DNA of 30,651 nucleotides from a virus (lineage: Duplodnaviria; Caudoviricetes): IMG/VR virus record IMGVR_UViG_3300032255_000015, positions 1 to 30,651 of that record; one strand, given 5' to 3'. The position numbers and the translations under genes are program-made. This document shows positions 1 through 6,798 of the stretch, in pieces; within the stretch, counting starts at the first letter, position 1, and the number at the start of each line of letters is the position of its first letter. The notes beneath the pieces were generated by a model that saw only the letters and a list, made by a program, of their open reading frames with translations, did no database searches and was not told the DNA's origin.

Positions 1-127
1 ATCCCCGAGCAGAAGCGATGCAGCTCGCCGATGCTCTCGCCACCACTTGTCGGCGGCCTTGATCGCGAGCGCGATGGCTTCATCGATCCCGATGCGCATG
101 TCGGGCGTCAGCATCGGCCGGCCCTTG
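1..127 (+). repeat. 127-bp direct terminal repeat (left copy); circular assembly overlap
   Basis: Identical to 30525-30651. 127 is a common maximum assembler k-mer, and a minus-strand ORF reads through the join. Confidence 0.95.
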
Positions 128-309
128 TCGTCCACCTCGGCCCCGAGCCGTACGTAGAAGGGCTCGACGACCTCGGCCATCCACGGCCCGCCGCCCAGGC
201 GGCGCCACACCCGGATTTGGACCTTGTGTTTTCGGCCACGTGTCAGCCTGGCACGATACCACCTGGCGGCCCTTGGGGCGTATTCTACCGACCACCTGGC
301 TGCCATCAT
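1..309 (-). CDS. hypothetical protein, 107 aa, spans the circular junction (continues to stop at 30510-30512)
   Basis: ATG at 309 overlaps the upstream TGA (ATGA). Reads MMAARWSVEYAPRAARWYRARL...AIKAADKWWREHRRAASLLLGDGSND* across the join. Missing from the supplied ORF track. Confidence 0.75.
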   Translation of the reverse strand, partial: MMAARWSVEYAPRAARWYRARLTRGRKHKVQIRVWRRLGGGPWMAEVVEPFYVRLGAEVDDKGRPMLTPDMRIGIDEAIALAIKAADKWWREHRRAASLLLGD

Positions 310-614
310 ACCCCCCCGTATGGGAGCATCCAATTGATCGACTTGGGATCCGGGTGGGGCCGCCACGCCAGCCCCACGAGATCAGAGGGGTCCACCCACG
401 CATCACCCAGCCCATCCCAGTCGTCGCAGGGAGGCGGGTACTCCCCGATAATGACCCCGTCTGTCCGGACATCGGTGACGTGGAGTGGCGTAGGATCGTG
501 GGGCTCACCTACGCCGCCGCCCATGCACGGGTCGAGGATGATATCCATATCGTCGGCCTGGATGATCTGCCCGACCTGGGGCAGCGCGTCGGCAAAAAGG
601 GTCCACTTGTTCAT
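306..614 (-). CDS. small acidic hypothetical protein (102 aa)
   Basis: AGGAGA RBS before the ATG; Asp-rich; coupled to the next gene by ATGA overlap. Confidence 0.75.
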   Translation of the reverse strand: MNKWTLFADALPQVGQIIQADDMDIILDPCMGGGVGEPHDPTPLHVTDVRTDGVIIGEYPPPCDDWDGLGDAWVDPSDLVGLAWRPHPDPKSINWMLPYGGV

Positions 615-619
615 GCTCT

Positions 620-798
620 CTCCTGTGGGCTCGCTGGCCCAATGCGCCGGGAAAGCCCGGCAAAGGTGCGATAAATGGGTCCGTTTCAGGGCACCGGTGG
701 ACCAGGCCGGTTGAAAGCCCTCCCCGCCAGGAGCGCCCCTACCCGATACGCTCGGGTGAACGTGCGGAGCCTACGAGGCGGGCTCCTTCGCCGTGGGG
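620..798. ncRNA. candidate structured RNA (5-6 consecutive hairpins, possible pseudoknot)
   Basis: Stems at 627-640, 646-661, 688-721, 741-757 and 766-786 fill a non-coding gap. Loop GGACC (699-703) is complementary to GGTCC (678-682). Confidence 0.35.
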
Positions 799-1029
799 TC
801 AGACGGGTCGGATCTCGTCGCCTTCCCACTTCACCTCCATACACTTTCCGGCCCGTGGCACGAGCCACAGTCCATCCGCGTCCTCAAGGAGGACGAGTTC
901 CCCACGCTCGCCCGCAAGCTCCCTTGCGGTGTTGAGAGCCTCGTCGCAGACACGACAGGTCTGCAGGCCATCCGTGATGATTTCGAGGGTGTCGCTGGTG
1001 TAGATCGTGGCTGCGTGAATGGTGTCCAT
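799..1029 (-). CDS. small acidic hypothetical protein (76 aa)
   Basis: AAGGAG RBS before ATG at 1029 (MDTIHAATIY...); first gene after a sigma70-like promoter. Confidence 0.75.
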   Translation of the reverse strand: MDTIHAATIYTSDTLEIITDGLQTCRVCDEALNTARELAGERGELVLLEDADGLWLVPRAGKCMEVKWEGDEIRPV

Positions 1030-1073
1030 GATGTTCTCCTTGCCCTCTCTGGGGCTCGCCGGGTGGGCTTCAT

Positions 1074-1134
1074 CTCCCCCCGACATGAGATTAATAGCAC
1101 ACCCGGACCCAGGCGCAACTAGAATCTGAAAATA
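1074..1134 (-). promoter_or_regulatory. sigma70-like early promoter P1
   Basis: Minus strand: TATTTT-N9-G-TTGCGC-16 nt-TATTAA-N5-TGTCGGGGGGAG; AT-rich island; same layout as the promoter at 27112-27173. Confidence 0.6.
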
Positions 1135-1144
1135 GTTTCGCCTA

Positions 1145-1504
1145 TCATCGATTCGCAACCTCCAACGCCGGTTTTACTCCTCGCGAGAAGATGTCCCGCT
1201 CCCTCATCCCCAAATACCTCCGCTCGTACTTGCCGCTCGGTACTCCTGGCGCCCGGCCGAGCTGTCCAGCTCGCCACATGGCCAGCGCGCCCATCGGAGT
1301 CATCCGATAGATGACCCCGCCGCGTTTAGTGGTCGAGTGATGAGTGACGAGGCGACGGAGGCACAGTCTGCGTACGCTGCCATGGATATTATTGGTCGTA
1401 GTGCCGATATCGTCGGCAATTTCCCTGATGCTCGCCGGGCCTCGTGAGAGTGTATCGAGGATGTCGTGTTGCCGGTGTCCGATGTGCAGCGCGCGGCCAC
1501 TCAT
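1145..1504 (-). CDS. winged helix-turn-helix DNA-binding protein (MarR/ArsR-like, 119 aa)
   Basis: QHDILDTLSRGPASIREIADDIGTTTNNIHGSVRRLCLRRLV...IYRMTPMG fits a wHTH pattern; start at 1504 by ATGA overlap. Confidence 0.75.
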   Translation of the reverse strand: MSGRALHIGHRQHDILDTLSRGPASIREIADDIGTTTNNIHGSVRRLCLRRLVTHHSTTKRGGVIYRMTPMGALAMWRAGQLGRAPGVPSGKYERRYLGMRERDIFSRGVKPALEVANR

Positions 1505-2292
1505 GTGATCCCCCACACGCCGCGCAGCGCATCCCACACCTGCTCGAGGTCGCGGACATCAGCAAGGCAGTGGTCGAGCACCTCCCGCTCACGGCCATCC
1601 ATGTACGCGTCGAGCACCTGTGACCCGTCGATCGGATTGCCCTTTCCGTGACCGATCCCAAGCGCAGCGCACGCATCAGCCAGCCTTGGGCCGCGCTTGC
1701 CGCCTTGGAGAGGCCACAGAGTCATGGCGTCGATGACTGTGGTGGGGCGAGTGTACAGCTTGAGCTTGGCGGTCGAGCTGTAGTGGGGTTCTGCGATCAT
1801 CCCGGCGAGCGCGATGTGGCCGAGGCGGATGGACCGCCCGAAAAGGAAGGTCGAATCAAAGTCTCCCCACGACACGATGCGGCTCACACCATGGCCGGTG
1901 ATTGCGTCCGCTATCTCCGTGAGCATCTGCCCTTCATAGTCGGCCATGGTCATCCCAACCTGCCTGTCGATGCGCCAGCACGCGCACAGCACCCGGCCAC
2001 GGTCGGGGCGTAGCGACCCAGCCCGCACGTACTCCCACGCCCGCGCTCTGTGCTCCGACTCCATCCGGCCGAGGGCGTCCTGGTAGTCGCGCTCGATCTC
2101 CGCCTCCCTGGCCGCGATCTTCGCCGGATCCCTCCAATTGCGCGGTACCCTCCCGCGCTCCGGCATCGGCTGCGGACCGACCGCCTCAAACGCCCATTCT
2201 GGCACCGTCCCCTCCCACGCTTGACCATGCGCGAGGCGATGGCTGAACATACCCAGCGGTATTGTTTCTATGTCCAGTATCATCGTGCTCAT
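1501..2292 (-). CDS. DEDD-superfamily 3'-5' exonuclease (PolB-proofreading-like, stand-alone)
   Basis: ExoI ILDIETIP, ExoII SWGDFDSTFL, ExoIII HCLADV; GGAG RBS. Confidence 0.8.
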   Translation of the reverse strand: MSTMILDIETIPLGMFSHRLAHGQAWEGTVPEWAFEAVGPQPMPERGRVPRNWRDPAKIAAREAEIERDYQDALGRMESEHRARAWEYVRAGSLRPDRGRVLCACWRIDRQVGMTMADYEGQMLTEIADAITGHGVSRIVSWGDFDSTFLFGRSIRLGHIALAGMIAEPHYSSTAKLKLYTRPTTVIDAMTLWPLQGGKRGPRLADACAALGIGHGKGNPIDGSQVLDAYMDGREREVLDHCLADVRDLEQVWDALRGVWGIT

Positions 2293-2969
2293 TTGTTCTC
2301 TCCATTGGTCGATGCGATGAAGTCTCGGAGCTTGGCCGCCCCCTCCTCCGAGCCCACGTAGGCCTCGACCTTCTTTCTGGCTGGCCCATCCATCTGACTC
2401 GGGCGCGGCCTACCTACTGCCTCGCACCAGTCCGCGACCTGCTCATACTGCATGCCGAGTTCGCCGAGCCGGGCGCAGAATCTAGCCCTGTCAGCCTCCC
2501 AGGACGGGTGGTGACTCGACGGCCTGGGCTTGGGCGGGAGCTTGCGGGGTCGCTTGGGCGGCCTCTTGCTCGGTGGTGGAGCCTGTGACCCGACGGCATT
2601 GCCGTCATCGTCGGTTGGGGCAATCCCGCACGCGGCCATCACAGCATATCTGCGGAGGTAGGTGACTGCCGATCCTATAGCCTGCGCTGGATTCGGCCCC
2701 TTGTAGGGGCTACTCATCGACGAGCGCATCCACTCTCCGCTCTCGTGGGAGAGCATGGTGGTGACCGTGACGGTCTGGCCCTCGACGGACGGCCACTGGG
2801 TGATAGACACGCCCGCAGCGGACAGCGATGGGCGGACGGCCGACAGCACGGACTGAAGGGAGGCGAACTCACTGCGGAAGTGAGGGTTTTTGCTGTCCTT
2901 CTCCGCATCACCGATGCTGCTTTGAGCTTTGGCTAGTGCGGCGCTGATTGCGCCGACGCTCTCGCTCAT
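2289..2969 (-). CDS. erf: ERF-family single-strand annealing protein (226 aa)
   Basis: ALAKAQ...KDSKNPHFRSEFASL...SGEWMRS...AQAIGSAVTYLRRYAVMAACGIAPTDDDGN is the ERF signature. Start placed at 2969 by ATGA coupling. Confidence 0.9.
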   Translation of the reverse strand: MSESVGAISAALAKAQSSIGDAEKDSKNPHFRSEFASLQSVLSAVRPSLSAAGVSITQWPSVEGQTVTVTTMLSHESGEWMRSSMSSPYKGPNPAQAIGSAVTYLRRYAVMAACGIAPTDDDGNAVGSQAPPPSKRPPKRPRKLPPKPRPSSHHPSWEADRARFCARLGELGMQYEQVADWCEAVGRPRPSQMDGPARKKVEAYVGSEEGAAKLRDFIASTNGENK

Positions 2970-3052
2970 CTCCATGACGCCCCCCATGCCCGGTCGAGCG
3001 CGACCACGGCAAAGAGCGCGAGGGAGAGACACTCGATGATGATGCTATCCAT
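2966..3052 (-). CDS. 28-aa hydrophobic peptide
   Basis: GGAGG RBS; MDSIIIECLSLALFAVVALDRAWGASWR*; overlaps both neighbours and exactly fills the gap. Confidence 0.6.
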   Translation of the reverse strand: MDSIIIECLSLALFAVVALDRAWGASWR

Positions 3053-3257
3053 TGTTGGCCTCCATTGCCGCGCGGGTGAGCGCGTCGGCTAGATCCCAGA
3101 GCCAGCTATCCACTGGTGACCGGTGACACAGCGCCTCGATTGACGCAGAGAGGTCCTCGAGCGTGTCGTCTCGGTCGATTGGAGGGACCGGGCCGAGGAT
3201 GAGCGCGCGCTGGCGAGCTGTGAGGACATGGGGTCCCGTCGGGTCATGCTCATCCAT
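3045..3257 (-). CDS. hypothetical protein (70 aa)
   Basis: GAGG RBS before MDEHDPTG...; overlaps the upstream stop. Confidence 0.65.
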   Translation of the reverse strand: MDEHDPTGPHVLTARQRALILGPVPPIDRDDTLEDLSASIEALCHRSPVDSWLWDLADALTRAAMEANNG

Positions 3258-3510
3258 GCTCGACCTCCCGGGCTTTGGCAATAGCCCTCCACTGCTTCGA
3301 GCGCGCCCGCTCGGCCGCGAGCTCCATCTCACTCGTACGCAGCGACTCCATGGTCACCGAGAGAAGCGCGGCGGTCTTGCGGTGGTCGCGGCGCTGGATT
3401 GCCAGCTCCGCCAGAAGCTGCTCCACCTGCGCCTGGGTGGGCGTCGGCAGCTCTATCGGATTGAGGTCGTCGAGCCCGATTTCTTCGAATGCTGTCCCGT
3501 AGTCTGGCAT
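3250..3510 (-). CDS. hypothetical coiled-coil protein (86 aa), first gene of the leftward operon
   Basis: AGGAGG RBS before MPDYGTAFEE...; helical, charged C-terminal half. Confidence 0.75.
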   Translation of the reverse strand: MPDYGTAFEEIGLDDLNPIELPTPTQAQVEQLLAELAIQRRDHRKTAALLSVTMESLRTSEMELAAERARSKQWRAIAKAREVEHG

Positions 3511-3530
3511 GGCGCCTCCTGGTGTGAGAG

Positions 3531-3580
3531 TATTTACACGATATGCAATGCATTGCAAGCAAAAAGTTCCATGTTACGCT
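3531..3580. promoter_or_regulatory. divergent promoters plus 14-bp palindromic operator candidate
   Basis: Perfect palindrome TGCAATGCATTGCA (3544-3557). Self-complementary TTGCAA (3553-3558) lies 16 nt from TACGCT (+, 3575-3580) and 16 nt from TAAATA (-, 3536-3531). AT-rich gap between divergent genes. Confidence 0.6.
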
Positions 3581-3597
3581 GCGGCAAGGAGGTGCTG

Positions 3598-3807
3598 ATG
3601 GGGCTCCAAGAGAGAGCGGCGCTTGTGCGGAGGCGCCGAAAGGACCGAGGACTCACAATCAAAGACCTAGCGACCGAGGTGGATGTCACCGCTCGGACCA
3701 TTTCACGCATCGAGCTGGCCGAGGGGGACGTCGTGTCAATGACAATCGCCCGCGTCTGCAGGGCGCTGGAAATTAAGGGCGAAGATCTGGCGGTAGCGCT
3801 CGGCTGA
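3598..3807 (+). CDS. Cro/XRE-family helix-turn-helix regulator (69 aa)
   Basis: AAGGAGG RBS; VRRRRKDRGLTIKDLATEVDVTARTISRIE...IARVCRALEI is an XRE HTH. Confidence 0.9.
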   Translation: MGLQERAALVRRRRKDRGLTIKDLATEVDVTARTISRIELAEGDVVSMTIARVCRALEIKGEDLAVALG

Positions 3808-4118
3808 TGGCTCTGATCTCCCCGGTCGTGGCCGCGCACGTCGTCTCCTACGCGTGCTCGAGCTGCTCGGTCCTCGACTCGTCCGGCACCCACGGTCCCG
3901 GCCGGGTCGTCGGCTCTGACGCCGCGTACCGGCACGAGCCCGGGCCTTGGCTCTGTGGTCGGTGCTCGAGGAGGGAGTGGGCGGCGCATCTGGAGACGAG
4001 ACGCGAGCGCATGGCGCTGGTGAGGCTGTCGTGGCGGCTCGGGTACGCGGCGACCAGGGCTGAGTTGGCGAGGGAGAGACGGGCGGGGGTGCAGATGATG
4101 CCGCCATTCTGCCGATGA
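3807..4118 (+). CDS. hypothetical protein with two CxxC pairs (possible Zn-binding)
   Basis: CSSC and CGRC; TGATG coupling to the Cro-like gene. Confidence 0.6.
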   Translation: MALISPVVAAHVVSYACSSCSVLDSSGTHGPGRVVGSDAAYRHEPGPWLCGRCSRREWAAHLETRRERMALVRLSWRLGYAATRAELARERRAGVQMMPPFCR

Positions 4119-4135
4119 CGTGATACAGTGACCTA

Positions 4136-4240
4136 GCCCGATGAGTCGGGCATCCGGCGCAGCAACGCCGGCCTCCAGTCAATGAGTGACCGGACCCCCC
4201 CTCGCGCTGTTGCTGCGGCGCGGGGGGCGCGGTCTGGAGG
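4136..4240 (+). promoter_or_regulatory. structured 5' leader with kissing loops and RBS-sequestering stem
   Basis: Hairpin loops CAGCAA (4160-4165) and TTGCTG (4210-4215) are exact complements; CCTCCAG (4172-4178) pairs with CTGGAGG (4234-4240), which contains the RBS. Confidence 0.55.
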
Positions 4241-4248
4241 AAAGTGAA

Positions 4249-4548
4249 ATGGGATGTGTCTACTTCGTCCAGGTCTGTGACGCGGTCAAGATCGGGTACA
4301 CCAATGGCGACCCCTCGGAGCGCATGATGGAGCTCCAGATCGGGTGCTCCTACGAGATGATGCTCTTGGGGAGCATCGAGAGCCCACCGGCAGGTGAGGT
4401 GTTGCTCCACAACGCACTCGACATCCACAGGATTCGGGGTGAGTGGTTCAGTGTCGAGGGCGTAGGCGATTGCCTTGATACGCTCGGCATTCACGTGTAT
4501 CGCACATTCGATTTGTACGCGTGTGGACCCACGCGAATCTGCTTCTAA
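4249..4548 (+). CDS. T5orf172/MUG113-family (GIY-YIG-like) protein (99 aa)
   Basis: VYFVQ...VKIGYT...PSERMMELQIG...E..LH..L...RIRGEWF; GGAGG RBS. Confidence 0.85.
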   Translation: MGCVYFVQVCDAVKIGYTNGDPSERMMELQIGCSYEMMLLGSIESPPAGEVLLHNALDIHRIRGEWFSVEGVGDCLDTLGIHVYRTFDLYACGPTRICF

Positions 4549-4674
4549 ATGAACCCGAATGAAGCCAAAAGAAAGTCAGGCACGGGGCGTGTAGTCAGCA
4601 TCGATTCCTTCGGTGTGGGTGCAGAAGGATGGCTGGAGATGCTCGCATGTCGAGAGCAAGGGCTCGGTTACTGA
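4549..4674 (+). CDS. 41-aa hypothetical peptide
   Basis: ATG directly follows the upstream TAA and its TGA overlaps the initiator ATG (TGATG); MNPNEAKRKSGTGRVV...QGLGY*. Confidence 0.4.
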   Translation: MNPNEAKRKSGTGRVVSIDSFGVGAEGWLEMLACREQGLGY

Positions 4675-5696
4675 TGGCCATGCAGTTCGTCCCGGTCCCT
4701 CACGAGGCGATAGAGCGCACGTCAGCTGACGAGCGCGGGGCCTTGCTCGACCTGTACTATCGCGCCCACCGACTTCGGTGGAGACCGTTTCGTGCATCGA
4801 CTCGGTCACTAATGGCCGACTGGGGCATGTCGAGTCGTGGCGTCTGGGGCTTGCTTGAGGATCTCAAGGATGCCGGGTTGCTCGATATTCGGCGTGGCGG
4901 GCCGAGAACCAGGACTGAAATCGAGGTGTTCGACCCGACCGGAAAGACGGAACGCAGGGCGGAACGCAGGGCGGAACGCAGGGCGGAACGCAGGGCGGAA
5001 CGCTCAAACGTAGGTTCAATGCCAAAAAAAGATGGTACCGGAACGCAGGGCGGAACGCAGGGCGGAACGCAGGGCGGAACGCAGGGCGGAACGCTCATTA
5101 GTAGTGAGACCGAGACCGAAACCGAGACTGATAACAAGACCAAGACCGAATATCTTCTGTCTGGTGCTGGTCATGACGATGAGCGACTCACGCCACCGAA
5201 AGCCAAGCGTCCGGCCTGGCGAGACGTATGGGATGAGGCCGCCGCCTTGTGGGCCGAGGTGGCCTACACGGCGAAGGTGGGCGGTAAGGCTCTCCGGCGG
5301 ACGTACAAGGCGCCGACAGACCCGTCGAAGGGGTTTGGTCGGGATCTCAAAAGTCTTGCAAAGGAGTACACTATCGACGACCTCAAGCTCATCTTCGGAT
5401 GGCTCCAGAGCGCTCCGTCAGCTTCGTTCCTCCGCGATTCGGAGGTGCGGAGGGACTTGACCACGATCCGGCGAAACGCCCACAAGTACCTGGCAATGGC
5501 CAAGGAATGGGCGGGGCAGGGCAAGCCGACTGCAGAGGGGTGCTCCCCAAGCACCGACGACGACCTCCCCGAAGGCGTCCACCGTGGCGCGTACGGCGGC
5601 ACTTGGACGGACGACTGGCGGATCCCGCCCGAGCCGGTGGAAGCGTACGACGAAGAAGCAGAGAGAGCCTACAACAAGCTGCGAGGCTGGGAATGA
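4674..5696 (+). CDS. phage replication initiator (lambda O-like organisation); start uncertain (4629/4647/4674)
   Basis: N-terminal wHTH-like segment (STRSLMADWGMSSRGVWGLLEDLKDAGLL), central tandem repeats, ETETETET linker; directly upstream of a DnaC-like ATPase. Confidence 0.75.
   Translation: MAMQFVPVPHEAIERTSADERGALLDLYYRAHRLRWRPFRASTRSLMADWGMSSRGVWGLLEDLKDAGLLDIRRGGPRTRTEIEVFDPTGKTERRAERRAERRAERRAERSNVGSMPKKDGTGTQGGTQGGTQGGTQGGTLISSETETETETDNKTKTEYLLSGAGHDDERLTPPKAKRPAWRDVWDEAAALWAEVAYTAKVGGKALRRTYKAPTDPSKGFGRDLKSLAKEYTIDDLKLIFGWLQSAPSASFLRDSEVRRDLTTIRRNAHKYLAMAKEWAGQGKPTAEGCSPSTDDDLPEGVHRGAYGGTWTDDWRIPPEPVEAYDEEAERAYNKLRGWE
4948..5097 (+). repeat. two identical 59-bp blocks of 12-bp repeats (GGAACGCAGGGC x4 + GGAACGCTCA); likely iterons/origin
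   Basis: Blocks 4948-5006 and 5039-5097 flank an A-rich spacer inside the initiator gene. Confidence 0.85.
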
Positions 5697-6610
5697 CCAC
5701 AACACCCGAGGCGCCGGAGCGCACCTGGCAATGCTCGTGCGGCCATCGCCACCACCGCGTCTGGTGGACGCCCCCCGAGCGGCTTGCTCACCATCCGCCT
5801 CGTTGGGTGGCGCCGACCATTGACCCGTGCTCCGAGTGCCAGAGCACGGCCCACACTGACACCATCGACCAGCTTGCACACGAGATGGACCGACGCCAGC
5901 GCCGGACCGGCATTGCGCAGCGGGACCGGGCGTGGTCATTCGACCGGCTCGTGAGTCTGCTGGAGATGACGCCGGCTGAGGGGCGGGAGAGGCTGCAGAG
6001 GTCCCCCAAGGGCTCGATCGGCATCACGCCGGACAATCAGGCGGCGATCGAGGTGCTCACCGAGTGGCGGCTGGGGGCGTGGGTGTACCTGTACGGCGAG
6101 CCAGGCGCCGGAAAGACCGTGCTGGCATCGGCGCTGGCGTCCTCGCTGGTTCAAGGTGGCGAGGAGCGCTGGCAGTGGCGTGACCCGTCAGAGAGCGAGT
6201 GGCACGACATTCCCGACGGGTACGACCACTCCGAGATCGTGCTCGGTGGCGGCCTGCTCCGGATGGTGCGCCGGCCGGTGCTTGAGGGCGTGGTGATGAT
6301 CACCGACGACGAGCTGTGGAGCCGGTGCACGCTCTCTTGGTCAGGCGACCGCGACCCGCTGCACCAGGTCTTCGAGGCGAGGGTGCTCATCATCGACGAC
6401 CTCGGGACCGCCACCCACCAGAAGGCGCTCGAGAATGTGCAGCGGCTCATCGCTGCTAGGTACCGAGACGAGCTTTCGACCGTGATAACCAGCAATCTGC
6501 GGTGGGCAGACATCGAGGGCCGGTATGGGCGGCGGGTTGCGTCCAGGTTGGAGGAGCAGGTGCCGCGCAGGAACAGGCTCTCAATGCGGTACAACTGGAG
6601 ATCGAGATGA
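5693..6610 (+). CDS. DnaC/IstB-like AAA+ ATPase, helicase loader (305 aa)
   Basis: Walker A GEPGAGKT, Walker B VLIIDDLG, VITSNL, RVASRL, N-terminal Cys pairs; ATGA overlap with the initiator. Confidence 0.85.
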   Translation: MTTTPEAPERTWQCSCGHRHHRVWWTPPERLAHHPPRWVAPTIDPCSECQSTAHTDTIDQLAHEMDRRQRRTGIAQRDRAWSFDRLVSLLEMTPAEGRERLQRSPKGSIGITPDNQAAIEVLTEWRLGAWVYLYGEPGAGKTVLASALASSLVQGGEERWQWRDPSESEWHDIPDGYDHSEIVLGGGLLRMVRRPVLEGVVMITDDELWSRCTLSWSGDRDPLHQVFEARVLIIDDLGTATHQKALENVQRLIAARYRDELSTVITSNLRWADIEGRYGRRVASRLEEQVPRRNRLSMRYNWRSR

Positions 6611-6798
6611 TCCGCGTACTCGACATCTACGCTGGTAGGGGCGGTACCGCACTCGGGCTCTGGCAGGCTGGAGAGACCGACATCGAGCACATCGAGATCG
6701 CCCGCGACCCGTGCCGCACGCTGTCTGCTGTCGATGGTCGCCTGGTCTGCCCTCGGTTGGTATTCGGAGCAACGAGAACACAGCAGGAGAGGACATGA
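6607..6798 (+). pseudogene. N-terminal fragment of a C5-cytosine DNA methyltransferase (63 aa)
   Basis: MIRVLDIYAGRGGTALGLWQAG...HIEIARDPCRTL matches motifs I-II; no catalytic PC or ENV motif follows. Confidence 0.65.

Noticed and set aside
1-127. Biological terminal repeat or att site
   Set aside because: The length equals a standard assembler k-mer and it falls mid-gene; best explained as a circular assembly overlap.
31-714. Plus-strand ORFs 31-714 and 240-674
   Set aside because: Antisense to coupled minus-strand genes with RBS or overlap support; Pro/Ser/Arg-rich composition.
620-798. tRNA or hammerhead/HDV-type ribozyme
   Set aside because: No T-loop/D-loop consensus and no CUGAnGA...GAAA core in the right context; kept only as a generic structured-RNA candidate.
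4948-5097. CRISPR-like mini-array
   Set aside because: The 12-bp units are contiguous with no unique spacers and lie in the coding frame of the initiator; no cas genes are present.
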